Assembly: GCA_977018835.1 (NCBI GenBank)
Contig: OZ361256.1
Coordinates: 5,208,001 to 5,272,000, forward strand
Reading direction: 5' to 3'
DNA from: Minutocellus sp. GHC0000111
Taxonomy: Eukaryota
DNA length: 64,000 nucleotides
Each line of letters starts with the position of its first letter. Within the stretch, counting starts at the first letter, position 1. The position numbers and the translations under genes are program-made. Positions 11,217 through 23,937 of the stretch are shown here, piece after piece. Under the pieces are notes generated by a model. The model ran no database searches. It saw nothing but the letters and a program-made list of their open reading frames with translations, and was not told where the DNA came from.

Positions 11217-12122
11217 ATGGCCAGCAGCACTTTGCGCCGCGTCGGCCTGCTGGCGGCCGGTGGCACAGCCTATGGTGCCGCAACATACCTCACATATCAT
11301 TATCTGACTTCCGCCGAGGCTGATCGAGATGCCGCCAACGCACAGCTCACAGATAGCGGTTCCAAGTTCTCGTACGTGAACGATCCGAACAGGACAGACA
11401 CATTTCAGCAGATCGCATTTGGGTATGACGATCAGATTTCCAAAGATGAATTCGTGATGGGCATCGGCTTGATGCGTCGATTTCTCCTCTTCTTCCATGC
11501 AAAGGGAAATGTGCTGGAAGTTGGTGCCGGCACTGGGCGTAATCTCGGAAAGTACCCATCTGCTGTGGACAAGGTAGTCCTGACTGACTCATCTGATAAG
11601 ATGCTCGAAAGAGCCAAACTAAAGATCAAGGACATGAGCGCATCGGAGCAGAAGCGATACGAAGTGGTCGTTGCCGATTCAGCTGACCTATCCAATTACA
11701 AAGACAAGTCCTTCGAGACGGTTGTCGATACATTTGGCTTGTGTTCATTTGACAACCCAGTCAAAGTACTGAGGGAGATGCAGCGGGTTTGCAAGGATGA
11801 TGGCAAGATTCTTTTGCTGGAGCATGGTCGAAGTAAGGCATATGAAGGACTCACAAAATATTTAGATGCAAACGCGGAACGTCATGCGAAGAATTGGGGA
11901 TGCATTTTCAACAGAGACATCGATGCTCTCATGGAGGAGGCTGGTTTAGACATTGAAAGCTTGACAACCTGGCATTTCGGAACTACCTACTACGTAGTGG
12001 CCAAGCCAAAGTCAAAAGAATCAGGGGCGAGTAGAGCCAATACGAAAGCTCCAGGAGTCGTCGCAACGAGCGGGCTTCTGACGATAGACGCCGATCAAGT
12101 GAAATGCAACTGTAAAAGATAG
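11217..12122 (+). CDS. SAM-dependent methyltransferase, OMS1/METTL7-like
   Basis: VLEVGAGTGRN, FETVVDTFGLCS, LREMQRVCK, GKILLLEHG and WGCIFNRDI. An N-terminal TM helix follows MASSTLRR. ATG 11217 is preferred over 10941. Confidence 0.85.
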   Translation: MASSTLRRVGLLAAGGTAYGAATYLTYHYLTSAEADRDAANAQLTDSGSKFSYVNDPNRTDTFQQIAFGYDDQISKDEFVMGIGLMRRFLLFFHAKGNVLEVGAGTGRNLGKYPSAVDKVVLTDSSDKMLERAKLKIKDMSASEQKRYEVVVADSADLSNYKDKSFETVVDTFGLCSFDNPVKVLREMQRVCKDDGKILLLEHGRSKAYEGLTKYLDANAERHAKNWGCIFNRDIDALMEEAGLDIESLTTWHFGTTYYVVAKPKSKESGASRANTKAPGVVATSGLLTIDADQVKCNCKR

Positions 12123-12204
12123 CCCAGCATTATCATTGACTTAAATAGTGCAATGCAATATATATTTTTTATGGATGGATTCTGATTATCATGTGTAAAA
12201 ACAA

Positions 12205-14086
12205 TCACTGCGCCACTGCTGCAGTCGCAATGGAAGCTGCCGGTTCGTTCAAGTCCAGATAAATGCTGGCCTTATCGATATCGTCCTCCTTCTCCAGCAA
12301 AATCTTGAGATCGGCAGCCAGCATGTTGGCTGTTGCAACTGTAGAAGCCGGATCAACTCGAATCGCGGCATCCACATCTACCAGCATCGTATCTCGGTAA
12401 TTGACAGTAACGCTCTCAATGGCCAATACCGCCGCGTTTTCACCCAAAACTCTTCGAACGTCCACTTCTAGCAGTGCTGGCTGGTAATTCAACGTTGCCT
12501 TTGACTTCTTCAGCCGCGAGCAGTGGACATACCACCTCAGCCGATCCTGCAGCAGGAGTGGAATGCACTTCGGCATCCAAGACCCCCGGCTCCTCCATGA
12601 TGGCCCATCGCAATCTCTCTTCGATTGCTCTATTGGCCGAGCTGGACAATCTAGCACTAGTTGTGATGGACACATCCACAATGGAGCTCGATCCGACCTG
12701 TCTTGCTCTAATTCTGTTGACGTCGACAACGTCTGCTCCATCCACTCCCTTGCGGATGATGTCATCGACCCGTCCCACCAGCATCTCGTCATTGGTGTCG
12801 GTAAGCTGCTTCACGGACTCACCAAAGATTTCGGCACCTGCCATGCAAATCATACCAGCTACCAATATGCCCGCCACGGCATCCGCAGCGAGGAGGCCCG
12901 GAACTGACATGGCCAGACCGATACTCACAAGGGCCAAAATACTACTGTATGCATCCGAGCGATGATGCCAGGCATTGGCAATGACCACTTGACTGTTGAG
13001 GGCCTCGCCGACCTTCTTGGTGATTCTGTAAAGCCACTCCTTGCTCAAAATGGAAATTCCGGCCATGACCAAGGCCGGGGCCGTGGGGATGTTCTGCACG
13101 AGGGCGCCCAATGCCGCCCCACCGGATCGTTGGGCGGCCACAATCTCCATCAATTTCTGTCCACTGGCGGCACCAACACCGACGCCGGTGGCCAGCAGCG
13201 TCATGGCCAGAAATAACGATCCCATGGCCTCGAATTTACCATGTCCATAGGGGTGGTCGTCGTCCGGTGGCAACCGACCGATCTGGACTGCCCATAGTGT
13301 GATGAAGTCCGAGAAGAGATCGGACAGGGAATGTCCCGCGTCGGCAACCAACGCCGATGAGTGGCAGGTCACGCCCACAACAGCCTTGCCAACCGACAGC
13401 AGAAGGTTGACGACTACGCCCAGCAGCGTCACCCGATCGGCGCTGCTTTCATTCTTGAAGATCTCGCGCGGATCGACGAGGGGGGTGCTGTGTTTGGCCA
13501 TGCCCTCCCTCAGAGCTTGGATTTTGGAAACGATTCGGATGATTTCGCGGCGGATGGCATCCACGAGAGTGAGGACCGTGGAGGTGACGGCGAATATGCC
13601 AACGTCGGAGCGGGACAGACGACGATTGCGCAGCAGGGCTGGTCCTAGGATGGCAATGGCGGCGAAGGCTATCCGTGCCGTTCGGCGGGTGATGAAGCGG
13701 AGGAATTTGCCCGTTTTTGTCGTCGGTGGAGGCGGCGGCTGGACGGCCTTAATGCTGCCATTGTCGGCGTGATCGTGGCCGTGATGATGATGGTGGCTGT
13801 GGCTGTGACCAAAGTGCATGGTCATTCCACCGCCAGAACGTCGCGGCCGTGATACTACCGAAGGGTCCACGAGCTTGTTGGAGCAACAGTATCTTGAGGG
13901 CGTGAAAGGTCCGGCACATCTTGTGCCGAGATGAGCAGTTGGTGCCAAAAACGACGACGATGATGATAGGGGGCTGGGCTGGTGGAATGCGTGGGCAACA
14001 CCAATGCTACGAGACGACAGCGCAGCTGCCGCCAGGCAGTAGCACGCCGCAGCTGCACCGGTGGTGGGACCTTGAAGTCGCACCAT
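12205..14086 (-). CDS. Cation diffusion facilitator (CDF) metal transporter, probably plastid-targeted; frameshift near 12470
   Basis: SSALVADAGHSLSD, PPDDDHPYGHGKFE and ANAWHHRSD motifs; His-rich HSHSHHHHHGHDH segment; VAHAF| presequence; the C-terminal domain continues in ORF 12205..12792. Confidence 0.9.
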
Positions 14087-14398
14087 CGTTGACGGTATTT
14101 TGTTGAGGAAAATGGCTGGCGGAACCTGCTCGAATTCTTGTGCTGAAAGACCCGGAAGCAAGGCCAGCCAAGACATCAAACCAGTATTAGAAAATCGAAA
14201 GGGAAAGGAAAGGTGCATAGGAGAGGGCCATTGAAAGCAGATGACCCTGCACCTGTCGTCATCTGCTGTGACTGGAGGCAATTGGCAATTCTGAATTGCT
14301 CTTGGCAATCTGAACTGCACCTCATACTTAAGCTAGTACTCGTACCGCAATAATCCAATTCCATCTCGCCTACAACAGTGGCAGACAGATTCGCCACG

Positions 14399-16039
14399 AT
14401 GAATGATACCGATGCCGACGAATTCGACGTCGAAAGGATGCTATCGGCAGAAGATGTCTCCTCTTTTTCATTTTCTCCCAGCAACTCAGCCATCTCCAAA
14501 AGTAGCCGCCATCAGCAGCACAAACATGCCCTCCCAACCAGAAAAGGCTCTAGAAGGAAGAGATCGAAAAACGCCGCAGCAGCCGCCACATCGTTCGCTC
14601 TCGTTGGCTGCGTCGCCATCATGGGCACACTGTCCCAAACTTCCAATCTCCAAAATTTCACAAGACATTTGCAAGCCGGCACACGTCGGTTGGCGTCCTG
14701 CGTCTTGTCCATGGCCGTCGACGAGGCCGATGCCTCGATCGAATCCACCTTTCCGACCTGGGAGAGCATGTTTAGCCTGGCCTTCCTCCGCGAGAAGGAG
14801 GAGGAAAGGAGAGAATGGTGCGAGCAGCACGGAGGATGCCCTTCGAACCACAACGCTCCGTCGCTCCCCCCCGAAACGGATCTGGCCTTTATCATTTCGC
14901 TCACCACCTGTCCCGAAGACGATATTCAGCCTGGGGTGGACAATCGGAATGACCCGAAACGTGCCTTTTACGACGCGGCTGCTTTGATGAAGTATTCGAT
15001 CTGCCAAGAGTGCGATGGCAACGTCGCATCCAAATACAACCACACATTTTACAGCATGGTACATCCTTCCGCTCGATTTTGCTCAGACGCAGATCGAGGG
15101 GAATACGATCGAGTGGCAGTTTTGCAATCCCTCGGTTATCGAGTTGAAGTCAAGGGTGAGCCCGTGGGCATCGAAGACGTTGCAGATGCCTACTTGGCAG
15201 CAAACGTAGAAAACGATGTTGGCATCCGAGATTTGATGAAGCTCCATGCATATACTCTGACCAGACACAAGGTCGTGGTTTTGGTAGATTTCAACACGAT
15301 GCTACTTCAGCCATTGGATGATGCCGTCGATGATCTCATCGCAAGCTCAGCAAAGGTGGCCTTTGCCATGGACTATGCCACACAGCTTCCTGCCAATGGT
15401 CTCAACCACGGTGCAAATATGGGCTTGTTCCTCCTCAAACCTTCTTTCGCGGCCTTCACTGAACTTGTAAACACGTACAAAACCACTGCATATGACCCGA
15501 TACTGGGTTGGAACGGGCAAGGAGTTGCAGGATTCGACGGGGCAATGGGAACCAGCGGCCTTGTTACGCACTATTATCGAAGCAAACCTTTTATTGAGCT
15601 GAACAAGTGCATCTACAACAATGATGCAACCAACCCTCATAGTGACGATGGATACTGTCGAGACGGTGAAGCGCACTGCGACGATTGCCAACTGACCATC
15701 ACCAACAAGATTGAAGCGGGTCGATTTGATGAGTCGACATGTGGAAAGCCATGGGAATGCTCCTGGGATGATTCCTGGGGTGCTGCGACAAAGCAATTGT
15801 GTCGTGAATACCACAGACACTGGTTCACCAATCGATTGCGTTTTGAGCAGGAATTCTGGATCGGTGCCCCAACACAGCAACGGAATGGTACATTACACCC
15901 AGACATATTTCTTGGGTACTGTTCCGAGACGGGAATTGATGGATATGAATTAATGATTCCTGATAATTATTCACTGCTGACTGAGACAACACTGTCCGTC
16001 GCAGAACCGATAACAAGCAGCGCTTTGAGAAGAAGATGA
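14399..16039 (+). CDS. Type II membrane glycosyltransferase, GT8-like
   Basis: Basic stretch followed by a single TM helix; DLMKLHAYTLTRHKVVVLVDFNTMLLQPLDD and ANMGLFLLKPS resemble GT8 motifs; CGKPWEC. Confidence 0.7.
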   Translation: MNDTDADEFDVERMLSAEDVSSFSFSPSNSAISKSSRHQQHKHALPTRKGSRRKRSKNAAAAATSFALVGCVAIMGTLSQTSNLQNFTRHLQAGTRRLASCVLSMAVDEADASIESTFPTWESMFSLAFLREKEEERREWCEQHGGCPSNHNAPSLPPETDLAFIISLTTCPEDDIQPGVDNRNDPKRAFYDAAALMKYSICQECDGNVASKYNHTFYSMVHPSARFCSDADRGEYDRVAVLQSLGYRVEVKGEPVGIEDVADAYLAANVENDVGIRDLMKLHAYTLTRHKVVVLVDFNTMLLQPLDDAVDDLIASSAKVAFAMDYATQLPANGLNHGANMGLFLLKPSFAAFTELVNTYKTTAYDPILGWNGQGVAGFDGAMGTSGLVTHYYRSKPFIELNKCIYNNDATNPHSDDGYCRDGEAHCDDCQLTITNKIEAGRFDESTCGKPWECSWDDSWGAATKQLCREYHRHWFTNRLRFEQEFWIGAPTQQRNGTLHPDIFLGYCSETGIDGYELMIPDNYSLLTETTLSVAEPITSSALRRR

Positions 16040-16552
16040 GCCCGGGTGTACTTTTGAATTGCACAATGTAAACTAACTACACAAATACAATAGATCACCA
16101 CAGACGAAATGTATCATCCCTTTAGGGTTAAAAATTTTAAAATATGTATTGAAATTCTACAGGAAACAAATAATGCGTTGCCCCATCGCAATCGCAATGG
16201 TTTGGATCACCAGGACATGTCATTGGTCTGCTCTCAATGAGCGAAATGAAAGACGAAATAACCCATGCGATCAACGATGGGCAACATGAATATACAAATA
16301 TACTTTTGGGCTTGCGTGGTAGCGTATTGACATTTTATGCTTGCTTGAGGAGGCAGATCAAAGACCGAAAAAACAAAAAGAAGAGGACTGCTCGTCCCCT
16401 GGTTTTATCTCCAGTCTCTAGTTTCTAGGATGTGGGAGCACTCGCAAATAAGATCGGGAATAAGCAGGCTTCAACCTACACCTGTGTTGTTCTCCTCCTC
16501 AAATATATGGCGTGCGTATGATTGTGCGTTGTGAATGAATGCTATCCGCTCT

Positions 16553-18553
16553 TTACGGCAGGTAGAAGCCTCCAGGAGGAGGTGGGGGTGGGTTGGATGG
16601 TGCCGATTGCAGCATGGAGACCGACTGGGCATTGCTCTCGAGATTTCGGCCACCATTCCATGCCGGAGCGTAGGCTTGGTCACGACTGCTCACCCCAGCC
16701 CTTGGCGTTGGAGGACCGCCATCCTCGTCTTCCTCGGAATGGTGAGACCCAGAAAGGAAGGAAGGCTCGTAGTCTTCCATGTGAGTGGGCATCGATGATC
16801 TTCCAGTGGGGTAGCGCAGCCTCTGCTGATGATGAGGAGTACCATGAGGCGATGGCGTGCCGCGCTCGCCGCTTCGGCTCGATGAGTCATCACCGAGACC
16901 ATGTTGTGGAGACCGAGGGTCGGGCCTTGGTGTCATCTCGGGCGATGACTTGGAGTGGGAGCTTTGAGAATATGTTTCGCGGCCGCTAGCGTCGCGGTCG
17001 GTGGTATCAAGCATGCTGAGAAGAGCAGAAGTCATGCTGGAGAGGCCATCGCCTTGATCATCACCTCCTGACTTTATACTGCTACCGTTTTCGTAGGTTT
17101 GATGGCCGTTGCCTGCATGCCTTCTCATAGCGGACGAGGAGTCTTGCTCATCTGCTTCAAGGACGAACTGAGGGTTGCTAAGGTAGGCCCCACTTCCCGT
17201 TCGAGGCATACCATAGTCTTGCTGACCAGCGCCAGAAGACGCCCAGCTGCGGTCGGATTCCATTGCTGCAGGTGAGGGGTAGTAGCCTCCACCACCGCCA
17301 CTCGAGGCGGCTGCGGCGCGTTGGAGCGAAGACATGCTTGGCGACTGACTTCCCATACCGCTGCTTTCCCCAGGAGACGGCGGCACATTACTCGCGCGGG
17401 CGCTCACGAAACTACCGTGACTCTCGTGGCGAGGTAGACCAGGACCGCCATCGGAGGACGGGGCACCACGGATGCGCTCGTGCGACAGGGCTCGATGGCC
17501 CATCGAGTGCAGTTGCTCTTGAGACGATGAGCGTCGCTGACCCTGACCTCCGTAGCTCGGAAGATGATCTCGAGAGAGATTGTTATCGCGGCGCCAAACT
17601 TGACCGTTGGAGTCGACGGCCACACCGTCTTGACCGGGATAGCCACCGCCTCCCCTGTAGTTTTGGAGACTCGAAGTTGCAGTTTCATAAGACGACGCCA
17701 GAGAGGAGGAAGCCTCGGTGGGATGTGTCGACCGAAGGGTCACGGCTTGGAAGGAGCCGTCAGACACAAGGAAGTGTGTAGGCTGATCGACCTGAACCTG
17801 TGCTCGCTGGGCGTAAGTACCACCGCCGCCACCACCACCGTATCCGTCATGCATGGATCCGGTCGAAGGCGATCTACCTCGGCCTCCTATCCGTTGGGCG
17901 TAGGTCAATTCTTGCTGTTGATGTTGAGGGCGCGTCTGATGATGGCCGTGGTGTTGATGATGGTGCTGTTGTTGGTGGTGTAGATGATGCGAATGGGACG
18001 GGCTCGTGGTAGCGGCAGCGTTGGTGAGGGGGTGATGATACTTGCAGGTCGCTCCGTATTTGCATCTGCCATTGCGGAGAAAGTAGATACAATCAGGCTC
18101 GCCGGGACGCTGCGGAAGAAGCTGGACGACCTGGTGAGAATGCTGTACTCGATCGCCATGCATACCCGAGCCATCGTTGATGGCGATGACGTGCTGTCCG
18201 GGCAGGCCACCCACGTTCATAAGAACGGCACCGGCTGGTAGGATTGGACCTCCACCACCGCCTGAACCGGAGGGGAGGACGTGAGGTGGATGATGGAACT
18301 TGCAGGTCTGCCCAAACTTGCAGGTGCCGTGCTTGAGGTAATACTGGCAGGCCGGCTCGTTGGGGCGGATGGGGAACCCACCCTCCGGTGCCTTCATACC
18401 ACCGCCGCTTTGGACGCCCGGGGGGTGCTTGTACTTGCAGGATTCGCCGTACTTGCACCGGCCCGTCCGGAGGTAGTCTCGGCAATCCTGCTCGCCCGGT
18501 CGTTGGGGGTAGACCGGCGGGCCCGTCGGCAGGCCGTACTGTGACGCCATCAT
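16553..18553 (-). CDS. CCCH zinc-finger RNA-binding protein (three C-x8-C-x5-C-x3-H fingers)
   Basis: [60 protein letters not shown] and [30 protein letters not shown]. First in-frame ATG is at 18553; the ORF is open to 18679. Confidence 0.9.
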   Translation of the reverse strand: MMASQYGLPTGPPVYPQRPGEQDCRDYLRTGRCKYGESCKYKHPPGVQSGGGMKAPEGGFPIRPNEPACQYYLKHGTCKFGQTCKFHHPPHVLPSGSGGGGGPILPAGAVLMNVGGLPGQHVIAINDGSGMHGDRVQHSHQVVQLLPQRPGEPDCIYFLRNGRCKYGATCKYHHPLTNAAATTSPSHSHHLHHQQQHHHQHHGHHQTRPQHQQQELTYAQRIGGRGRSPSTGSMHDGYGGGGGGGTYAQRAQVQVDQPTHFLVSDGSFQAVTLRSTHPTEASSSLASSYETATSSLQNYRGGGGYPGQDGVAVDSNGQVWRRDNNLSRDHLPSYGGQGQRRSSSQEQLHSMGHRALSHERIRGAPSSDGGPGLPRHESHGSFVSARASNVPPSPGESSGMGSQSPSMSSLQRAAAASSGGGGGYYPSPAAMESDRSWASSGAGQQDYGMPRTGSGAYLSNPQFVLEADEQDSSSAMRRHAGNGHQTYENGSSIKSGGDDQGDGLSSMTSALLSMLDTTDRDASGRETYSQSSHSKSSPEMTPRPDPRSPQHGLGDDSSSRSGERGTPSPHGTPHHQQRLRYPTGRSSMPTHMEDYEPSFLSGSHHSEEDEDGGPPTPRAGVSSRDQAYAPAWNGGRNLESNAQSVSMLQSAPSNPPPPPPGGFYLP

Positions 18554-19672
18554 GGAAGGATCTGCTGATCTGCTTGCTGCGTCTTCTACCCGCGCTGCGT
18601 CGCGCACAAGTATTTTGGGTCTACTGTGTGTGTGAGCGATTCCAATCACACCTGCCTGCTGGGTAGTCTCCTCGGCCACGATCGCTGGGTGTGCTCTCTG
18701 CCTGCCGCCGAAAAAGACTCTGAACCAGAAAGATACGGACCTCTTGATATAATATCTCCGACGAAACCAAATTTCGCGCCTTCTCTGCCTCTATTAGCTA
18801 GCTCCCGTACCTCGATACTGCCCTCCGAATAGCTCCTCGTGCTGATCGTCTCCTGCCAACGGAAGACCAATAATTGTTATGGTCCCCCTTTTGGCCTCTG
18901 CCCACCGAAAATCGAATGAAATTCTGCCGCTCTCTTTTCGTTCTCTCTCGCCCTTGGTGCAAGTTGTGCTAGGAATGGCAAATCTTCCAGCTAACGAACT
19001 TCCACGTCAACTATCGTTTGTAATGACAATATGTAAACGACGGTGACATATATTATGCGGTGGGATCAGAGACAAGCGGTATCTTGTTGTGCAATGATGC
19101 GATGCGGCCGAGCCCCCAGCGGTCGTGGACGCTCCGAAGAATTCTCGAAAGAGCAAGAGCCAATGCCCCTTCCGACCGAGAAAGATACGCTTCGCCGACA
19201 CAAATAATTATGCGCACTTTGCAGAGATATGCCAAGAGTCTGGGTAGGTCTTCGGAGACCTTATCGTTGTGCTTTGGTGGGATCGTAATGGCAAGTACAG
19301 AGTACTTATCGGTCCATTGTCGTCTCCTTCGCGCGGAAGAATCCTTGAAGGTGGAGCCGAACAGCCAGCACAGCGAACAAAGCCGCGCTCTTCAAAAATC
19401 GGCTGTCGACGTCGTCCTTTGCGCCTGGAATTTGGGTCGAGTGTGTCCGACACAAATGACGCGCCGGCTTTTTCAGATGTGAAAGCATTTCATCACAGAA
19501 ATATTGAAATTACGGGACTAATTCTTACGTACTCCCTACGGCGCCACGTTCCATCCATTCGTTTCGCTCGCGACTTCTTCGCGGCCCCGTCCTTCGCCAA
19601 TGCTGCTGCTTTTGCATGCAGGCCAACCACAATTTTTTTGCTAGAGTTTCCACCAACCTGTATCGTCCAACT

Positions 19673-21067
19673 ATGCAGTCCTACCACTCTTCCGTCATGG
19701 CCACCTCCGGCACCAAGAACTACGACCTCATGTACTACCTCAAGGGTGCCGCCGCCGGTGGTATCTGTTGCTCCATCACCCACGGCGCCCTCACCCCCGT
19801 CGATGTTGTGAAGACCCGCGTCCAGCTCGACCCCGTCAAGGTGGGTGGCCTGCTGCCGCTGCTGCTTTTGTGGTTTTGAGTTGACCATGCGCCAAAGGAT
19901 GTCTTTGGGCATTTGATCCATTGGGCGTTGCTGTGTTCTGCAGGGAAATGTTCCGATGCAGTGGACACTTGATGGGGTGCATTTTGTCTTTGGGTTATTT
20001 TTGCCAATGCTCCCCAAAAGTGATGGGTCGGTCGGCTGCAGAAGTTTGGTCCGTGAATCGAATCTCCATCCAACCAAATCCCTAACACAATCTTCCCTTT
20101 CATTCTTCTTTATTCCTGATTATGGTTCGTCTCGGGCTTGCTCGTGGTGTCTTGGTTGGAATTGTGGTCATCTTTTTGGCGTATCGCTACTTTGTGTGGG
20201 GGGCAATGACCCAAATTAATGATGGATTGTATCATTGGAATAATTCACTGCCCAAACGAAACATGAACACAACAGTACAACCAAGGTCTTGTCGGTGGAT
20301 TCCGTCAGATCGTTGCCGAGGAGGGTGCCATGGCCCTCACCACCGGCCTCGGTGCCACCGCCGCTGGTTACTTCGTCCAGGGCTGGTTCAAGTTCGGCGG
20401 AGTCGAGTACTTCAAGATCAAGGCCGTCGAGTCCATGGGTGAGGAGGCCGCCTGGAACAACAAGACCGCCATCTACCTCGGAGCCGCCGCCGGAGCCGAG
20501 ACCATCGCCGATATCTTCCTCTGCCCCCTCGAGGCCGTCCGTATCCGTTCCGTGTCCGACCCCGAGTTCTGCGACGGCCTTGCCGATGGCTTCGTCAAGA
20601 TGTTCAAGTCCGAGGGCGTCGGCGGCTTCTACGCCGGCCTTGCCCCCATCCTCGCCAAGCAGGTCCCCTACACCATGGCCAAGTTCGCCGTCCAGGGTGC
20701 CGCCGCCGATGCCATCTACGGATCCATGGGCAAGACCCCTGCTGAACTCTCCTCTGGAACCAACGTCGGTGTCTCCCTCGCCTCCGGTGTCGTTGCCGGT
20801 GTTGCCTCCGCTATCATCTCTCACCCCGCCGACACCCTCCTCTCCAAGGTCAACAAGAAGGGAGCCGGAGGAGAGGGATCCATGATGACCCGCCTCATGC
20901 GAATCGCCGGAGAGACTGGCTTCGTCAACCTCTGCACTGTCGGTCTTCTCCCCCGTTGCGTCATGATCGGTACCCTCACCGCCGGACAGTTCGGTATCTT
21001 CGACACCGTCATGAACGCCCTTGGCGCTAGCAAGTTCCACTTCCACAACCCCAACGCCGACCATTAA
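19673..21067 (+). CDS. SLC25A3: Mitochondrial phosphate carrier; exons 19673-19840 and 20276-21067
   Basis: CCSITHGALTPVDVVKTRVQ, GYFVQGWFKFGGVEYFK, CPLEAVRIR, KQVPYTMAKF and SHPADTLLS; phase-0 intron GTGGGT...AACAG. Confidence 0.93.
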
Positions 21068-21563
21068 GTCGTTAATGTTGCGTGTTGATTTTGTGGGGCA
21101 TTTCACCTGGCTACATACAGACTACCCTCTTGTATATTGCAATATTTTTGGTACAGGCAAAATATAAAACTCTAGCAAAGAATATTTATGCTTGTTGAAA
21201 GAACAATTTCCTTTGACTACTACTATTCATTTTATGACTTACAAACCTAAAATCGTGTGAAGAAGGGAGGGAAGTTGCTGTAAACTCGGCTTTCAGAGCG
21301 ACGCGACGAAAATAATGGCATCCATCGGCGCCCTATCATCACTCATACTGGGGCGCGAAATGAGGTAATCGTCGCATATTGACTGCCCTGCAGTGTTATT
21401 GGGCAATTTTCGCTGAGGAGCTATGACATTTGCTTCTTAAAGTCTTCTTCTAAGCGCATTGTAAAAATTGGTACGCAGCTCTACATGTGCCGGCATTCAT
21501 TCCCTGGAAAAAATGTTGCTTTTTCTATTTTTTGGTTTATTTTTCTATTGACGAGGGTATAAC

Positions 21564-22393
21564 TTAATCCTCGGCGGGGATAGCACCCTTCTCCGAGACG
21601 TAGATACCATCGAGGAACTTACGCAAATCCTTCTTGCGGATGTTGGTAGCACCCTGGATCTGAGCGGCGGTGAGAGAGACGAGAGCAATGTCGTTACCAC
21701 TGAGCTGGATCTCATCCTTGACGTCAGCGGAACGGACGTACTTGACGCCCTCGGGGACGACGACCTTACGGACGCGCTTCTCTCCGAGGAAGTTACGGAT
21801 CTCGACGGTGTTTCCGTTAAGGGAGACGTTGATGGGGAAATGCGAGTAGACGAATCGCATCTTGTAGAGGAAGCCGCGGGTGACACCGACGATCATGTTG
21901 TCGATGTGCGAGCAGACGGTACGGACGCAGGCGAGCTCGGCACGCTTGGCGAACCAAAGGTCAACGCGGATCTCCTTGCCGACCTTCTTCAAGTCCATGT
22001 TGATGTGCTTGAAGTCGCGGGTGAGCTCACCGCGGGGCACCTTGACGGTGACGCAACGGGCCTTGATCTTGACATCGACTGAAGTTTGGTGGGAGAGAGA
22101 GTTGGAGAAAATAGTGCATAGGTGAGGAAAATGCCTTTCAATTCATATTTGAATGCAAAGCAACTGCCATTTCGAGAGTGGGAATTTCTGAACATAGACA
22201 GAACCAGCCAGAACAGATGCTCCCCAAGGCATGGAGTGGAGGGAGAGCAACGGACGAAGGTGCTGACCACACTCCTTCATTCGAAGCAGAGCAAATTTCT
22301 GATCGTTTCGCTGCCGCCAGTCGAAATCAAGCACAAGCACAACGTACCACCGGCGGGGATGGCGATGGAGCGGGAGGAAAGGACGGTCTTCAT
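21564..22393 (-). CDS. RPL9: 60S ribosomal protein L9 (uL6); exons 22393-22348 and 22078-21564
   Basis: MRFVYSHFPIN, EIRNFLGEK and KDLRKFLDGIYVSEK; phase-1 intron GTACGT...TTCAG. Confidence 0.96.
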
Positions 22394-22676
22394 GGGTATT
22401 AGTTAGCGTGTGGCGGGCCAAGGCGCGAGGGCATACGAATGTGAACGGAGCGGCGCTAGCGTGGCTCATATCCCAAAAGGAGATGGGAGGGGAAGATCTC
22501 CTGTGCTGAGAATGAGGAGAACGGGTTTTCTCAATTTTTAGTAAGCGGGTAAGGTACGTACGTAGCGTACGACGAGTGCGTAGCTCGTGCCTCCCCCACA
22601 TACTTCCCCCACCCCCACAACCCAGGCAGACGCGACGCCAGCTCCCAAACCCCGAAGATATTGAAGGCTCGACAAG

Positions 22677-23139
22677 ATGGCGAAGCATCATCCGGACTTG
22701 GTAATGTGTAGGAAGCAACCCGGTGTTGCAATCGGGAGGCTCTGCGAAAAGTGTGAGTCAAGCTCGGACGCGTACATGTAGTAGCGAACCTCATATTTTT
22801 TTTTTGACGTCTTGTCTCTGCTGCATTCTCTTACCCCCATGTTTACTCATACTTCTCCACCCTCCTCCACGTTCCTCTCCAGGCGATGGAAAATGTGTAA
22901 TCTGCGACTCTTTCGTCCGGCCCTGCAATCTGGTGCACATATGTGACGAGTGCAATTATGGCAGCTTCGAGGGACGGTGCGTCGTGTGTGGTGGTGTGGG
23001 AGTATCGGACGCGTACTACTGTCGGGAATGCGTTCAACAGGAGAAGGACAGGGACGGATGTCCAAAGATTGTCAACCTCGGCAGTACAAAGACGGATTTG
23101 TTTTACGAACGAAAGAAATATGGCTTCAAGAAGCGATAG
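22677..23139 (+). CDS. PHF5A: SF3b subunit PHF5A/Rds3; exons 22677-22752 and 22883-23139
   Basis: [39 protein letters not shown]...[15 protein letters not shown]; intron GTGAGT...TCCAG. Confidence 0.97.
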
Positions 23140-23660
23140 CAAGCAGAACGGCGGTCCCACACGTTGAGGCAAGTGTTCATGGTTCGCACAAAATACATGG
23201 AGATGCGTTCTTCCTTGGCCTTTCAATTATCTTTGATCAAGTGGTGGTCGGGGATTACATCGATCGATATGCTCTGCCACACGCTTTGAATTCGTCGTGC
23301 CGAATGCCGATGAAGTACAACTCTCTGACTTCGTGGGAAAATCATCTCCATTGGTCTCCATTCGGCCTTTCGGGCTGACAACATACTACATGCACCGTGA
23401 CACCGGAGGGCATAGCTATTTTTCTTTGGACAAGGATGTTTGCACAAAGAGTAACATGTATTGCATGCACCTGCTGATGAATGAGTGAAAGACAAGGTTT
23501 ATTTGATTGAATGAGCGACGACAATGCAGCAGCATGCATCCCTCTTCCGTCGTTCCAGCGCACGCACATCCTTCAATGAAGCGGACTACGGTACAGCTCA
23601 ATTCTCGGGAGAGCTACTCTACTAGACGACTAGTTCAATAAGCGCAGACAGCACAGCATT

Positions 23661-23729
23661 TAGTACGTAGATGTACTAGTAGATCTACGGACATACCGCC
23701 AAGTATACCGGTAGGAATTCCTACATGTA
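23661..23729. repeat. Chain of TA-delimited short palindromes (putative serial transposon excision footprints)
   Basis: TA-G-TA-CG-TA-GATG-TA-C-TA-G-TA-GATC-TA (23661-23687) and TA-TA-CCGG-TA-GGAATTCC-TA-CATG-TA (23704-23729). Confidence 0.6.
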
Positions 23730-23937
23730 TGTGTTTTTGGTCGGTCGGCTTAGTACAAAAATGAAAACAAAAGGGGAAGGGGACGAGGGGAGAGATTAAA
23801 ACTGAGACAAGACGACAAGATACGTGCAACATGGGAAGATAAGCCGATAATGCAGTGCTATAGTGCTATGCTGTGATGAATGAATAGCCGAGCGATTTTG
23901 GTACCAGCGTACTAGCTACGCAGTAGAAGAGTAGAGC

